Notes under the pieces: model-generated
The model's database searches: none
Told to the model about the DNA's origin: nothing
What the model saw: only the letters and a program-made list of their open reading frames with translations
DNA from: Candidatus Hydrogenedentota bacterium
GTDB lineage: Bacteria; Hydrogenedentota; Hydrogenedentia; Hydrogenedentales; SLHB01
DNA: 15,089 nucleotides
Assembly (NCBI GenBank): GCA_034408725.1
Contig: JAWXCN010000189.1
Location: 1-15,089 of the forward strand
Direction of reading: 5' to 3'
Translations under genes and position numbers: made by a program
Part shown: positions 7,493 through 15,089 of the stretch, piece by piece
Numbering within the stretch: position 1 is the first letter of the stretch
How the letters are laid out: each line of letters begins with the position of its first letter

Positions 7493-8269
7493 ATGGAATT
7501 CGTCTACATTGGAATTGCACTGATTGTGATCGCCGCGGTGTACAAACTGGCGTCGCGGATTTTGCGTCGTCTAACGGTCTTCGAGTTTGAACGCGGACTG
7601 CGGTATGAACGCGGTAGGTTTGCGGGTGTGATCGCGCCGGGCCAATACTGGTATGTGCCGCAGTTCACGACGATCACTAAAATCGATACGCGCCGCAGCA
7701 TTGAGAACGTCCCTGGTCAGGAAGTGCTGAGTCAGGACGGCGTGACGATCAAGGTGTCTCTATCCGCGGAGTACGAGATCATCGACCCCGCGCTGGCGAT
7801 GAATCGTGTGAGCAATTTCAGGGAGAGCCTCTACGCGACGCTGCAGGTGGGGTTGCGCGAAATTGTTTCCGCGAAGCCGGTTGACGAACTGATGGAATCG
7901 CGTGAATCCATCAGCACGCAACTTATGGCGAGCACTGCACCAAAAGCGTTAGAATTCGGAATTCTTTTGCATTCCGTCAAGCTGCGCGATTTGATGCTGC
8001 CATCAAATCTTCGGCAGATGTTTGCGCAGATTGTAAATGCGCGGAAGGAAGGACTTGCCGCACTCGAGCGTGCCCGCGGTGAAACGGCTGCGCTTCGAAG
8101 CCTCGCGAATGCCGCGAAGATGCTGGATGCGAACCCGAACCTGCTTCACTTGCGGACGTTGCAGGTGTTAAGTGAAAAGTCGGGTAACAGCGTAATCCTC
8201 GGCATACAGCATCCGGCGAGTGTCGTGCCCATTCGGACACAGCCGTTGCCGCCGAATAGCCCTGAATAG
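7493..8269 (+). CDS. Slipin-family SPFH/band-7 membrane protein, ~258 aa
   Basis: N-terminal TM helix, then 'VFEFERGLRYERGRF...PG.YW', 'QEVLSQDGVTIKV' and the C-terminal 'ARGETAALRSLANAAKMLDANPNLLHLRTLQ' typical of stomatin-like slipins. ATG 7493 follows SD aaggaaag (7481-7488). Confidence 0.88.
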   Translation: MEFVYIGIALIVIAAVYKLASRILRRLTVFEFERGLRYERGRFAGVIAPGQYWYVPQFTTITKIDTRRSIENVPGQEVLSQDGVTIKVSLSAEYEIIDPALAMNRVSNFRESLYATLQVGLREIVSAKPVDELMESRESISTQLMASTAPKALEFGILLHSVKLRDLMLPSNLRQMFAQIVNARKEGLAALERARGETAALRSLANAAKMLDANPNLLHLRTLQVLSEKSGNSVILGIQHPASVVPIRTQPLPPNSPE

Positions 8270-8270
8270 C

Positions 8271-8304
8271 GTCACGCCGCCTTTGGCAAAGGCGGCGTGA
8301 CTTT
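8271..8304. terminator. Perfect 14-bp hairpin between convergent genes; likely bidirectional terminator, possibly REP-derived
   Basis: gtcacgccgccttt-ggc-aaaggcggcgtgac (8271-8301) followed by ttt, immediately after the slipin stop. Confidence 0.65.
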
Positions 8305-8325
8305 CGCGCCGCGGCGACTTATACG

Positions 8326-9498
8326 TCATTTCGCGTATTCCAATTTCAATTTCGCCATTGGCCGGAAATTGTCGAACCGGTGGAACGTCATGAAGTTTGC
8401 GTCGTGGGCGCGTTTTGCGCCGCCGAGGCCATCTTCGTAGGCGGTGCGGGAGACGGCGATGATGTCGTCTTCTTCAAACAGCCAATCGACGTATTGAAAT
8501 GCGTGCTTCTCGACGTCGGGGTGCGACAATAGCAGTTTGTGCATGGTCCACTTGCGGAGGTCGCGGGATGACATCAGCACGAGAGAGTTGCGTACCTTCG
8601 AGTTGTCCACGCCCGGATACTCTTGTAACACCGGTGTGGAAAGCGTCCAGTAGCGCCTGCTTTTTTTATCATAGCGAATGCTGAACTTTTTCGCGCCGCC
8701 GGGGAAGTCGACGAAATCGCGGTCGGGATCGAACGTGGCCTTCTTTCCGTCTTTGCTCACGCGCACGAGCGCGCCCTTTTCCGTGCCGGGGCGATAGTCC
8801 ACGCGCAGGATGTCATACATTTGGCCGCGCCGAACGACGGCGTTGCCCTCTAACCATGCGTGAAATGTGTTGTCGAGCCATGCGGGATCACGCGCGATCG
8901 AATTGCTGAAGGTCCAACTGCTTGCCTTCAACAAATCCGCGTCAACCGGCGCGGACATCATCGTTGCCTGATAGATCACGCCCCACTTGCCGGGCGTCGC
9001 TGCGCGTTCAACGCCGCGCCAGAGACGTCCTTTGTATTCGAGCACAGGCACCGGCGCGGTGTGGTAATCCTCCGGCGCGAGGACGCCGGTGGAATCGTCT
9101 GTGGGCGTTGTCCATGTGTGGCCGCCATCTTCGGAGCGGCGAATCAGCACGGGGCCGTATTCCTTATCCACGCCGAGCAGGTATAACGCGCCGCGATGCA
9201 CAAACAGCGTGGACCACAACGCGCCTTCAATGCGGGCGGTCTGTTCCCACGATGCGCCGCGGTCTTCGGAGCGGAACACATTGGTAATTGCGCCGGTGAA
9301 ATAGCCGGACTTGGGCCCGAATTCATCGTGCGCGGCGGCGTAGGTTCCATCGGGAAACACCGCAATCGTCGGCGAGCCGACATACCGTTCTTCGGATGCG
9401 GGAATGTGATTGATGATCACGCCGGGGACTGTCGAGAAGTCTGGTTCCGCGGCGAATGCGATTACGGTGAAAAGCATCGCCATGACGAATAAGCGCAT
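8326..9498 (-). CDS. Secreted BNR/Asp-box beta-propeller protein (sialidase-fold glycoside hydrolase), ~390 aa
   Basis: Asp-boxes RSEDRGASW and RSEDGGHTW. Signal peptide MRLFVMAMLFTVIAFA from ATG 9498, preceded by SD gaggagg. The track's longer start at 9537 lies inside a REP element. Confidence 0.8.
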   Translation of the reverse strand: MRLFVMAMLFTVIAFAAEPDFSTVPGVIINHIPASEERYVGSPTIAVFPDGTYAAAHDEFGPKSGYFTGAITNVFRSEDRGASWEQTARIEGALWSTLFVHRGALYLLGVDKEYGPVLIRRSEDGGHTWTTPTDDSTGVLAPEDYHTAPVPVLEYKGRLWRGVERAATPGKWGVIYQATMMSAPVDADLLKASSWTFSNSIARDPAWLDNTFHAWLEGNAVVRRGQMYDILRVDYRPGTEKGALVRVSKDGKKATFDPDRDFVDFPGGAKKFSIRYDKKSRRYWTLSTPVLQEYPGVDNSKVRNSLVLMSSRDLRKWTMHKLLLSHPDVEKHAFQYVDWLFEEDDIIAVSRTAYEDGLGGAKRAHDANFMTFHRFDNFRPMAKLKLEYAK

Positions 9499-9519
9499 TG
9501 TGTGGTCCTCCTCATCCGT

Positions 9520-9616
9520 GGAGGGCGGGTTTTCCAACCCGCCATTGTTTATTCAGAAATCGCGGGTTGGAAACCCGCGCTCCATTTAGCTATCGCGGGT
9601 TGGAAACCCGCGCTCC
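9520..9616. repeat. Cluster of three GGAG-type REP palindromes
   Basis: ggag-ggcgggtt-ttcc-aacccgcc (9520-9543, +) and two identical 25-bp copies atcgcgggttggaaacccgcgctcc (9559-9583 and 9592-9616), which read GGAG + hairpin on the minus strand. Confidence 0.8.
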
Positions 9617-11265
9617 GTGGAGAATAAATAGTGTTGCAAATAGTCCGCCAATGCTTGTGCGACTACGTCAGCGCCCTTTGGCGTGAAGTGGCCATCATAC
9701 CGGAAATAGAGCGCGGATTGACCGGGTTGTGATTCGAGCGCGTCGGTGACGTTCACGAATGGAATATTCACGCGCGCGAAAATTTCCTGCGTCACGCGCA
9801 CGTCCTTGTGCGGCTCGAACAGAACGCCTTTAGTTTTCTCATCGAATTCTTCCCAGCCATCTTCAATTGTAGCCAAGGGAAACGGATGGCAATACGCGAG
9901 TAGAGCAACGCCGCGCGCACGGCAATCGTCACGAATGCCTTGGATGTCCTGTTCCAACAGCCGGTACGCTTCTTCGAGTTCCGGATACCATTCTATGAGC
10001 GAAGCTTCGCGGTAGGGGTTGCGGTCGGCGCGTTTGACGGGCTGGGGATAATGCGCGGGGGACAGCACGCGCAAATCGTTGACGAGATCACGCGCGAGGT
10101 TGGGCGTGCGCAACGCGTCGCTTAGGGCGCCATATACACGGCAGTGCGCCCGCAACCAGCGTTGGACCGCAACCGGTATTTCGTTTTGCATGCGAAACTC
10201 GTTCACCCGCGACTCCCACTGTACATCCGGGACCTCGAGATACTTTGAAACGCGCGTGAGCGTGCCCGCGACGTCGTTTGCGGGGAAAACCTGCAGGATG
10301 ACGAGGTCCGGCTCGAACGAAAATCCACGCGCCTTGAGAAAGCCGCGCTCCTGCCACGGCGCGTACCCGCCTACGCCGCAATTGATCACGGTGACGCGCT
10401 TTGGCGGATTCGCAGCATTCAGCAGTAGTTCAACCGTGTGCGGGATATTCTGCTCCGGTGTGAGGCCATGTCCCATGGTGTATGAATCGCCGAGCATGAC
10501 GATGCGAAATTCATCATCGGCCTTGGGTCCCAAAACGCGGTCGAGCACGCCCTGCGAGGAGATTACCGCCTCGACCGAAAACCCTTCGCCTTCATTGTCG
10601 CGCACATGAAACTCTCCGCTGGAATTTGGGCGCAGGGTGAAGATGTATTCTGGATCGGGCATGTACATGTCCGATGGACCCTGCGCGGGCGGCAGTATGA
10701 TGCGCGCGCCGAGCTCAACCGCGGCAAATGCGATAAGCGTTGAGAAGGCCGTCAGCGTGGCCGTCGCGATCACGTTGCGCAATCGAAATTGCCAGGAAAC
10801 CGGAATCGCCCACGCCGTCACCGCGCAGCACAGCGACCACAAGAGACATTCGAGCCATGGCGCGCCGCGGAACGCGGTCAAGCTCGCCAGCACGGCGGAA
10901 ATACCAATCAATATGGGCCGCGTGGTGCGTAACGACCATTGATGCAATGCGGCCATGCGCCCAGCCACAGCGGGTGTGCGCAGCATTTGACCGCGCGCCG
11001 CCCAGTAGAGTATCAACGCGGTTTGCGCGGCAAGCCCAAGCTGCGCCACGGGAACATGCGGCGCCGTGATGTCGATTCCGATTATTGAAATCACGAACAG
11101 AATGACCAATACCGTAAAACGAAACGTGGAGAGTATAAGCAGCGGAACATACAGCAAGGCGAGCCGGGGATGGTTTCCGACTGTGCCGTAAATCTGGACC
11201 GCCCACACGATGGTGAACAACGTGAGCATGAAGCGAATGAGGTTTCCGCGGGTGTACGTTGTCAA
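9586..11265 (-). CDS. Membrane-anchored SGNH/GDSL hydrolase (N-terminal multi-TM region plus SGNH domain), 559 aa
   Basis: Hydrophobic N-terminal ~190 aa; block I MLGDSYTMG, block II INCGVGGY, block III AND, block V DGHF. TTG start preceded by SD taagga. Confidence 0.85.
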   Translation of the reverse strand: MTTYTRGNLIRFMLTLFTIVWAVQIYGTVGNHPRLALLYVPLLILSTFRFTVLVILFVISIIGIDITAPHVPVAQLGLAAQTALILYWAARGQMLRTPAVAGRMAALHQWSLRTTRPILIGISAVLASLTAFRGAPWLECLLWSLCCAVTAWAIPVSWQFRLRNVIATATLTAFSTLIAFAAVELGARIILPPAQGPSDMYMPDPEYIFTLRPNSSGEFHVRDNEGEGFSVEAVISSQGVLDRVLGPKADDEFRIVMLGDSYTMGHGLTPEQNIPHTVELLLNAANPPKRVTVINCGVGGYAPWQERGFLKARGFSFEPDLVILQVFPANDVAGTLTRVSKYLEVPDVQWESRVNEFRMQNEIPVAVQRWLRAHCRVYGALSDALRTPNLARDLVNDLRVLSPAHYPQPVKRADRNPYREASLIEWYPELEEAYRLLEQDIQGIRDDCRARGVALLAYCHPFPLATIEDGWEEFDEKTKGVLFEPHKDVRVTQEIFARVNIPFVNVTDALESQPGQSALYFRYDGHFTPKGADVVAQALADYLQHYLFSTERGFPTRDS

Positions 11266-11330
11266 TCCGATTGTTCCTTAATGGCCACGGGTATGTGCTA
11301 AGTGGGAATCCGTTGGTTCGCGGTCGTTAT

Positions 11331-11542
11331 TCATAATCCTGCTCGTGATCTCCTTCGTGCTCGTGATCCCCTTCGTGCTCCTGCTCGTGCTCGTAATCGT
11401 AATCGTAATCGATCTTGATTTTCTGCTTGCTCTCAAACCGCTTGCCGCATGCAGGATTCCAGTAATGGGTTTTGATGACGATGACGAGCACGAGGGGGAG
11501 CACGAGGGGGAGGGGCCGGATTACGATTACGGGTACGATTAC
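11331..11542. repeat. Two inverted degenerate hexamer arrays (tcgtgc/tcgtaa versus gagcac/gattac)
   Basis: 11331-11414 holds 14 consecutive hexamers all starting 'tc' (tcgtgc, tcgtaa, tcgtga, tcctgc, tcccct...). 11474-11542 holds complementary-sense units gatgac, gagcac, gagggg and gattac. Confidence 0.85.
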
Positions 11543-11620
11543 AAAGTGGACAAGCGGCGAGTTGGAGACGTGCAATAACCCTATATCCTCTGTTACGCTT
11601 TTGCGCTGGTTGCGGAATTC

Positions 11621-13426
11621 ATGAATATCCTCGGTATCTCAGCGTTTTATCACGACAGTGCGGCGTGTTTTGTGCGCGGTGGCGAAATTGTTGCCGCGGC
11701 GCAGGAAGAGCGCTTCACGCGCAAGAAACATGACCCCAACTTTCCACTACAAGCGGCTGCGTATTGTCTGTCCGAAGGCGGAATAACCGCGGCCAGCCTC
11801 GACTATGTCGTATTTTACGATAAGCCGTTTGTGAAATTTGAGCGGTTGCTGATGACCTATCTCGGTACCGCGCCCAAAGGGTTGCGGTCGTTTGTCGATC
11901 AAATGCCGCTGTGGATCACCGAAAAACTGTTTACGCGCAACACCATTCGGCGCGAGCTTGAGTACAGCGGCGACATTCTCTTCACCACGCATCACCAGTC
12001 GCACGCGGCATCGGCATTTTTCCCGAGTCCATACGAAGAAGCCGCGATTATCACAGTCGATGGCGTTGGCGAATGGGCGACGACGACGTACGGCGCCGGA
12101 CGCGGCAACAGCATCGAGATTCTCAAGCAGATCAATTTTCCGCATTCGCTGGGGCTGTTGTATTCCGCGTTTACGTATTTCACCGGATTTAAGGTGAACA
12201 GCGGCGAATACAAGTTAATGGGTCTCGCGCCTTACGGCGAACCGCGGTATGCCGATGTGATTTACAGGGAATTGATCGATCTCAAAGACGACGGGTCTTA
12301 CCGGTTGAACCAGGATTACTTTGACTATTGCGCCGGAGTGCGCATGACGAATGAGAAGTTTGCGCGCTTGTTTGGCGGACCACGCCGCGAGCCTGAATCC
12401 AAGATGACGCAACGGGAGATGGACCTCGCCGCGTCCGTGCAGGCTGTCACGGAAGAAGTGATGCTGCGCATTGCGAAGACAGCGCACCGCGAAACGGGCA
12501 TGAAGAACCTTGTTCTCGCGGGGGGCGTCGCGCTGAATTGCGTTGCCAACGGAAGGATTTTGCGCGAAGGGCCGTTCGACAACATTTGGATACAACCGGC
12601 GGCGGGCGATGCGGGAAATGCGCTGGGTTGCGCGCTGTACGCGTGGCATCAGATTCTCGGCAATCCGCGCAAGGTTGACCGCCGCCGGCAGAAGGCGACG
12701 TTTCTTGGACCGGCGTACAGCGATGATCATATCGAATCGTATTTAACGAAGAGCGGCATCCCCTATGAAAAACACGGCGACGCGGCCCTGTGTTCGAACG
12801 TATCGGAGCTGCTCGCAAGCGAGAACGTCGTGGGCTGGTTTCAGGGCCGCATGGAATTTGGACCGCGCGCGCTCGGTGCCCGCAGTATTCTGGGTGATGC
12901 GCGTTCACGCGCGATGCAATCGACACTGAACCTGAAAATAAAATTTCGTGAATCGTTCCGGCCGTTTGCGCCGGCAGTGCTTGAGGAGCGCGTTGGAGAC
13001 TATTTTGATCTCGATTGCGAAAGCCCGTACATGCTGCTCGTGGCGGACGTGTCGAAACCGCATCTCACGCAGACCGGAGAATCAAACGCTGCGGGATTCG
13101 AGAAACTGAAAGTCGCGCGTTCGGACATACCCGCAGTTACGCACGTTGACAATTCCGCCCGCATCCAGACGGTGCGCGAAGAAGACCACCCGCGGTATTA
13201 CAACCTGATTCGCGCGTTCGAGCAACGCACGGGCTGCCCGGTCATAATCAACACGTCGTTCAACGTGCGGGGTGAACCAATTGTATGCACGCCGGAAGAG
13301 GCTTATGCGTGCTTTATGCGAACGAACATGGATTACCTCATTTTAGGGTCGTGCGTGCTCGACAAACGCAACCAGCCGGAGTGGCGGGAAACCATCAATT
13401 GGAAACAGGAATACGAACTGGACTAA
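11621..13426 (+). CDS. O-carbamoyltransferase, NodU/CmcH/TobZ family (SxtI-like), 601 aa
   Basis: Motifs ILGISAFYHDSAA, AAQEERFTRKKHD, HHQSHAASAF, DGVGEW, EYKLMGLAPYG, AGGVALNCVANG, GRMEFGPRALGARS, KFRESFRPFAP and INTSFNVRGEPIV. Confidence 0.95.
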   Translation: MNILGISAFYHDSAACFVRGGEIVAAAQEERFTRKKHDPNFPLQAAAYCLSEGGITAASLDYVVFYDKPFVKFERLLMTYLGTAPKGLRSFVDQMPLWITEKLFTRNTIRRELEYSGDILFTTHHQSHAASAFFPSPYEEAAIITVDGVGEWATTTYGAGRGNSIEILKQINFPHSLGLLYSAFTYFTGFKVNSGEYKLMGLAPYGEPRYADVIYRELIDLKDDGSYRLNQDYFDYCAGVRMTNEKFARLFGGPRREPESKMTQREMDLAASVQAVTEEVMLRIAKTAHRETGMKNLVLAGGVALNCVANGRILREGPFDNIWIQPAAGDAGNALGCALYAWHQILGNPRKVDRRRQKATFLGPAYSDDHIESYLTKSGIPYEKHGDAALCSNVSELLASENVVGWFQGRMEFGPRALGARSILGDARSRAMQSTLNLKIKFRESFRPFAPAVLEERVGDYFDLDCESPYMLLVADVSKPHLTQTGESNAAGFEKLKVARSDIPAVTHVDNSARIQTVREEDHPRYYNLIRAFEQRTGCPVIINTSFNVRGEPIVCTPEEAYACFMRTNMDYLILGSCVLDKRNQPEWRETINWKQEYELD

Positions 13427-13433
13427 TGAAACG

Positions 13434-13838
13434 ATGAGTCCGAACCCCGATATTAACCGCGTATCGTTGCGCCCGTTTGGCGTGAAACTGGCCGCGGCGC
13501 TTTTCATTGTAGGATGTCTCCGGTGGTGGTGGACGGGTCACGTGCCGGGGATTCAATGGAGCATCGCCGCGGTGCTGCTTTTGTTGGCGTTGGCATTTCC
13601 CGCGGGACTCGCGCCGGTACACCGGCTTTTCACGGCCGTGGTCCTCGCGCTGGGAACACTGCTGACTTTCACCGGTCTTGCCATCGGCTTTTATTTCGTC
13701 ATCATGCCATCGGCCCTTCTGTACAGGTTGATCGCGGGTGACCCGCTCAAACGGAAAGCCGACCCGGAAGCCGCGACGTATTGGGAAGCGCCCGATGATC
13801 AACCGGCGGGGATCGAGCCGTATCGCAATCAGTTTTGA
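13434..13838 (+). CDS. SxtJ-family membrane protein, 134 aa
   Basis: Starts 7 nt after the carbamoyltransferase stop. 'LRPFG', several TM helices and 'FYFVIMP..LLYRL...DPL......TYW...YRNQF' match the SxtJ pattern. Gene order is the usual one. Confidence 0.8.
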   Translation: MSPNPDINRVSLRPFGVKLAAALFIVGCLRWWWTGHVPGIQWSIAAVLLLLALAFPAGLAPVHRLFTAVVLALGTLLTFTGLAIGFYFVIMPSALLYRLIAGDPLKRKADPEAATYWEAPDDQPAGIEPYRNQF

Positions 13839-13949
13839 TCAAGTGGGCGGAACGCGCGGACGAACACAGACGGAAGCAGGGCGGGGCATCTGGCTGGGTT
13901 TAATCGTCCCTACCTTTTCGGATAGCATAGCAAGTACAAGGTGTATGCA

Positions 13950-14096
13950 ATGGAATTCGTAAAGGAAATATGGGCGTTTTTGCGGGTGCGCAAGAAGTTC
14001 TGGCTTGCGCCCATCATCTTCGCATTACTCATCCTCGGCTTCCTGTTTGTGGTCGTCGGTCCGCCGACCGTTTCCGGCCTGATTTACGCGTTGTGA
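13950..14096 (+). CDS. DUF5989/SxtK-like small membrane protein, 48 aa (not in ORF track)
   Basis: Hand translation: MEFVKEIWAFLRVRKKFWLAPIIFALLILGFLFVVVGPPTVSGLIYAL*. Carries the 'W.FL..RKK.WL.P' signature and C-terminal IY.L, in the expected position after sxtJ. Confidence 0.9.
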   Translation: MEFVKEIWAFLRVRKKFWLAPIIFALLILGFLFVVVGPPTVSGLIYAL

Positions 14097-14106
14097 CCGC
14101 ACGCCG

Positions 14107-14865
14107 ATGGACCGAGACAAACTAATAGCCCTGTTGGATTCCGTTGCTTGCGGATCTTTGACCACCGCCGCGGCACTTGAACGGTTGCGCGCGCTTCCCT
14201 TCGAGGACCTCGGATTTGCGAAAGTGGACCATCACCGCGATCTGCGGCAGGGCCATCCTGAAGCGATCTTTGGCGAAGGAAAAACCCCTGATCAGATTAT
14301 TCAGATTATGGGGCGATTACAGGAACGCGGAAGCAATGTGCTCGTCACGCGCTGCTCTCAGCAAACCATCGCCGCCACGACCGCTGTTTATCCCGAAGCG
14401 GTACACCACGACCTCGCCCGCGCATTGACCCTTATTTCTACACCCGTCGTGCAGCGCGAAGGCTACGTCGTCGTTGCATGCGCGGGCACCTCCGATCTGC
14501 CTGTAGCGGAAGAGGCCGTCGTGACCTGCGAGTTCAATGGAAACCGTGTCGAACGCGTCTATGATGTGGGTGTCGCCGGCCTGCACAGGTTGTTGGGCCA
14601 ACACCAGTTGCTCACCGGCGCAAACGCGGTGGTCGTCTGCGCGGGCATGGAAGGCGCCTTGCCTAGCGTCGTGGGTGGACTCGTTGATGTTCCCGTCATC
14701 GCGGTGCCGACGAGTGTGGGGTACGGCGCGAACCTTGGCGGGCTTGCGGCGTTGCTGGCGATGTTAAATTCGTGCGCGTCGGGGATTGCGGTCGTAAATA
14801 TTGATAATGGGTTCGGCGCGGGAATGCTTGCCAGCATGATCAACCGGATCGCGAATAGGAAATAG
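14107..14865 (+). CDS. larB: Nickel-pincer cofactor biosynthesis protein LarB (PurE/AIR-carboxylase-like), 252 aa
   Basis: Motifs FAKVDHHR..RQG.PE.IFGEGKT, AGTSDLPVAEEA, DVGVAGLHRL, AGMEGALPSVV, PTSVGYG, MLNSCASG and VVNIDNGFGA. Confidence 0.92.
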   Translation: MDRDKLIALLDSVACGSLTTAAALERLRALPFEDLGFAKVDHHRDLRQGHPEAIFGEGKTPDQIIQIMGRLQERGSNVLVTRCSQQTIAATTAVYPEAVHHDLARALTLISTPVVQREGYVVVACAGTSDLPVAEEAVVTCEFNGNRVERVYDVGVAGLHRLLGQHQLLTGANAVVVCAGMEGALPSVVGGLVDVPVIAVPTSVGYGANLGGLAALLAMLNSCASGIAVVNIDNGFGAGMLASMINRIANRK

Positions 14866-14900
14866 CCGGGTACCGGGTACCGGGTATCGGGTATCGGGTA
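14866..14900 (+). repeat. Heptamer tandem repeat (ycgggta) x5
   Basis: ccgggta x3 then tcgggta x2, starting on the base immediately after the larB stop codon. Confidence 0.9.
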
Positions 14901-15015
14901 TGGGGATAAAGTCTGTTACCTATCTTTCCGGCCCGGCATCATTCCGATCTAGCGTCGTGCCGCCCCCGAGGTCATTTCGGAGCGGGTGGCGAGGAATCTA
15001 CTGCAGTAAAGAACC

Positions 15016-15089
<74 letters not shown>

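Noticed and set aside
6940-7494. ORFs spanning the pqaA-slipin intergenic region (183, 81 and 92 aa)
   Set aside because: They overlap real genes or each other and show no protein-like features; RNA structure explains the region better.
9559-9616. Two identical 25-bp palindromic repeats as a possible mini-CRISPR
   Set aside because: Only an 8-nt spacer, a third copy is inverted and no cas genes are present; fits REP elements.
11327-11578. ORFs encoding DYDYEHEHE / VIVIVLVL low-complexity peptides
   Set aside because: Translation products of the hexamer arrays; no SD and no domain.
11621-14096. Saxitoxin biosynthesis cluster
   Set aside because: Only the widespread SxtI/J/K-like module is present; no sxtA, sxtG or other core genes in the window.

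Overview
GC-rich bacterial chromosomal window with about 13 coding regions. In order: the 3' end of a probable MFS transporter; a large secreted glycoside-hydrolase-like protein; then on the minus strand a DEAD-box RNA helicase with a long leader, a small TPR protein, a reversed-order hicB-hicA toxin-antitoxin pair in AT-richer DNA and a PqaA-family lipoprotein hydrolase. Next come a slipin (SPFH/band-7) gene preceded by a strongly structured ~185-nt non-coding region, a BNR/sialidase-fold protein and a membrane-anchored SGNH hydrolase. The SGNH gene is divergent from a carbamoyltransferase-SxtJ-like-SxtK/DUF5989-like module (the 48-aa third gene is absent from the ORF track), followed by larB. 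Intergenic spaces are rich in repeats: two REP-like palindrome families, inverted GAGCAC/GATTAC hexamer arrays and a heptamer array. The best candidate for something undescribed is the two-domain, partly tRNA-like structured RNA upstream of the slipin gene. All calls come from reading motifs by eye; no searches or folding programs were run.
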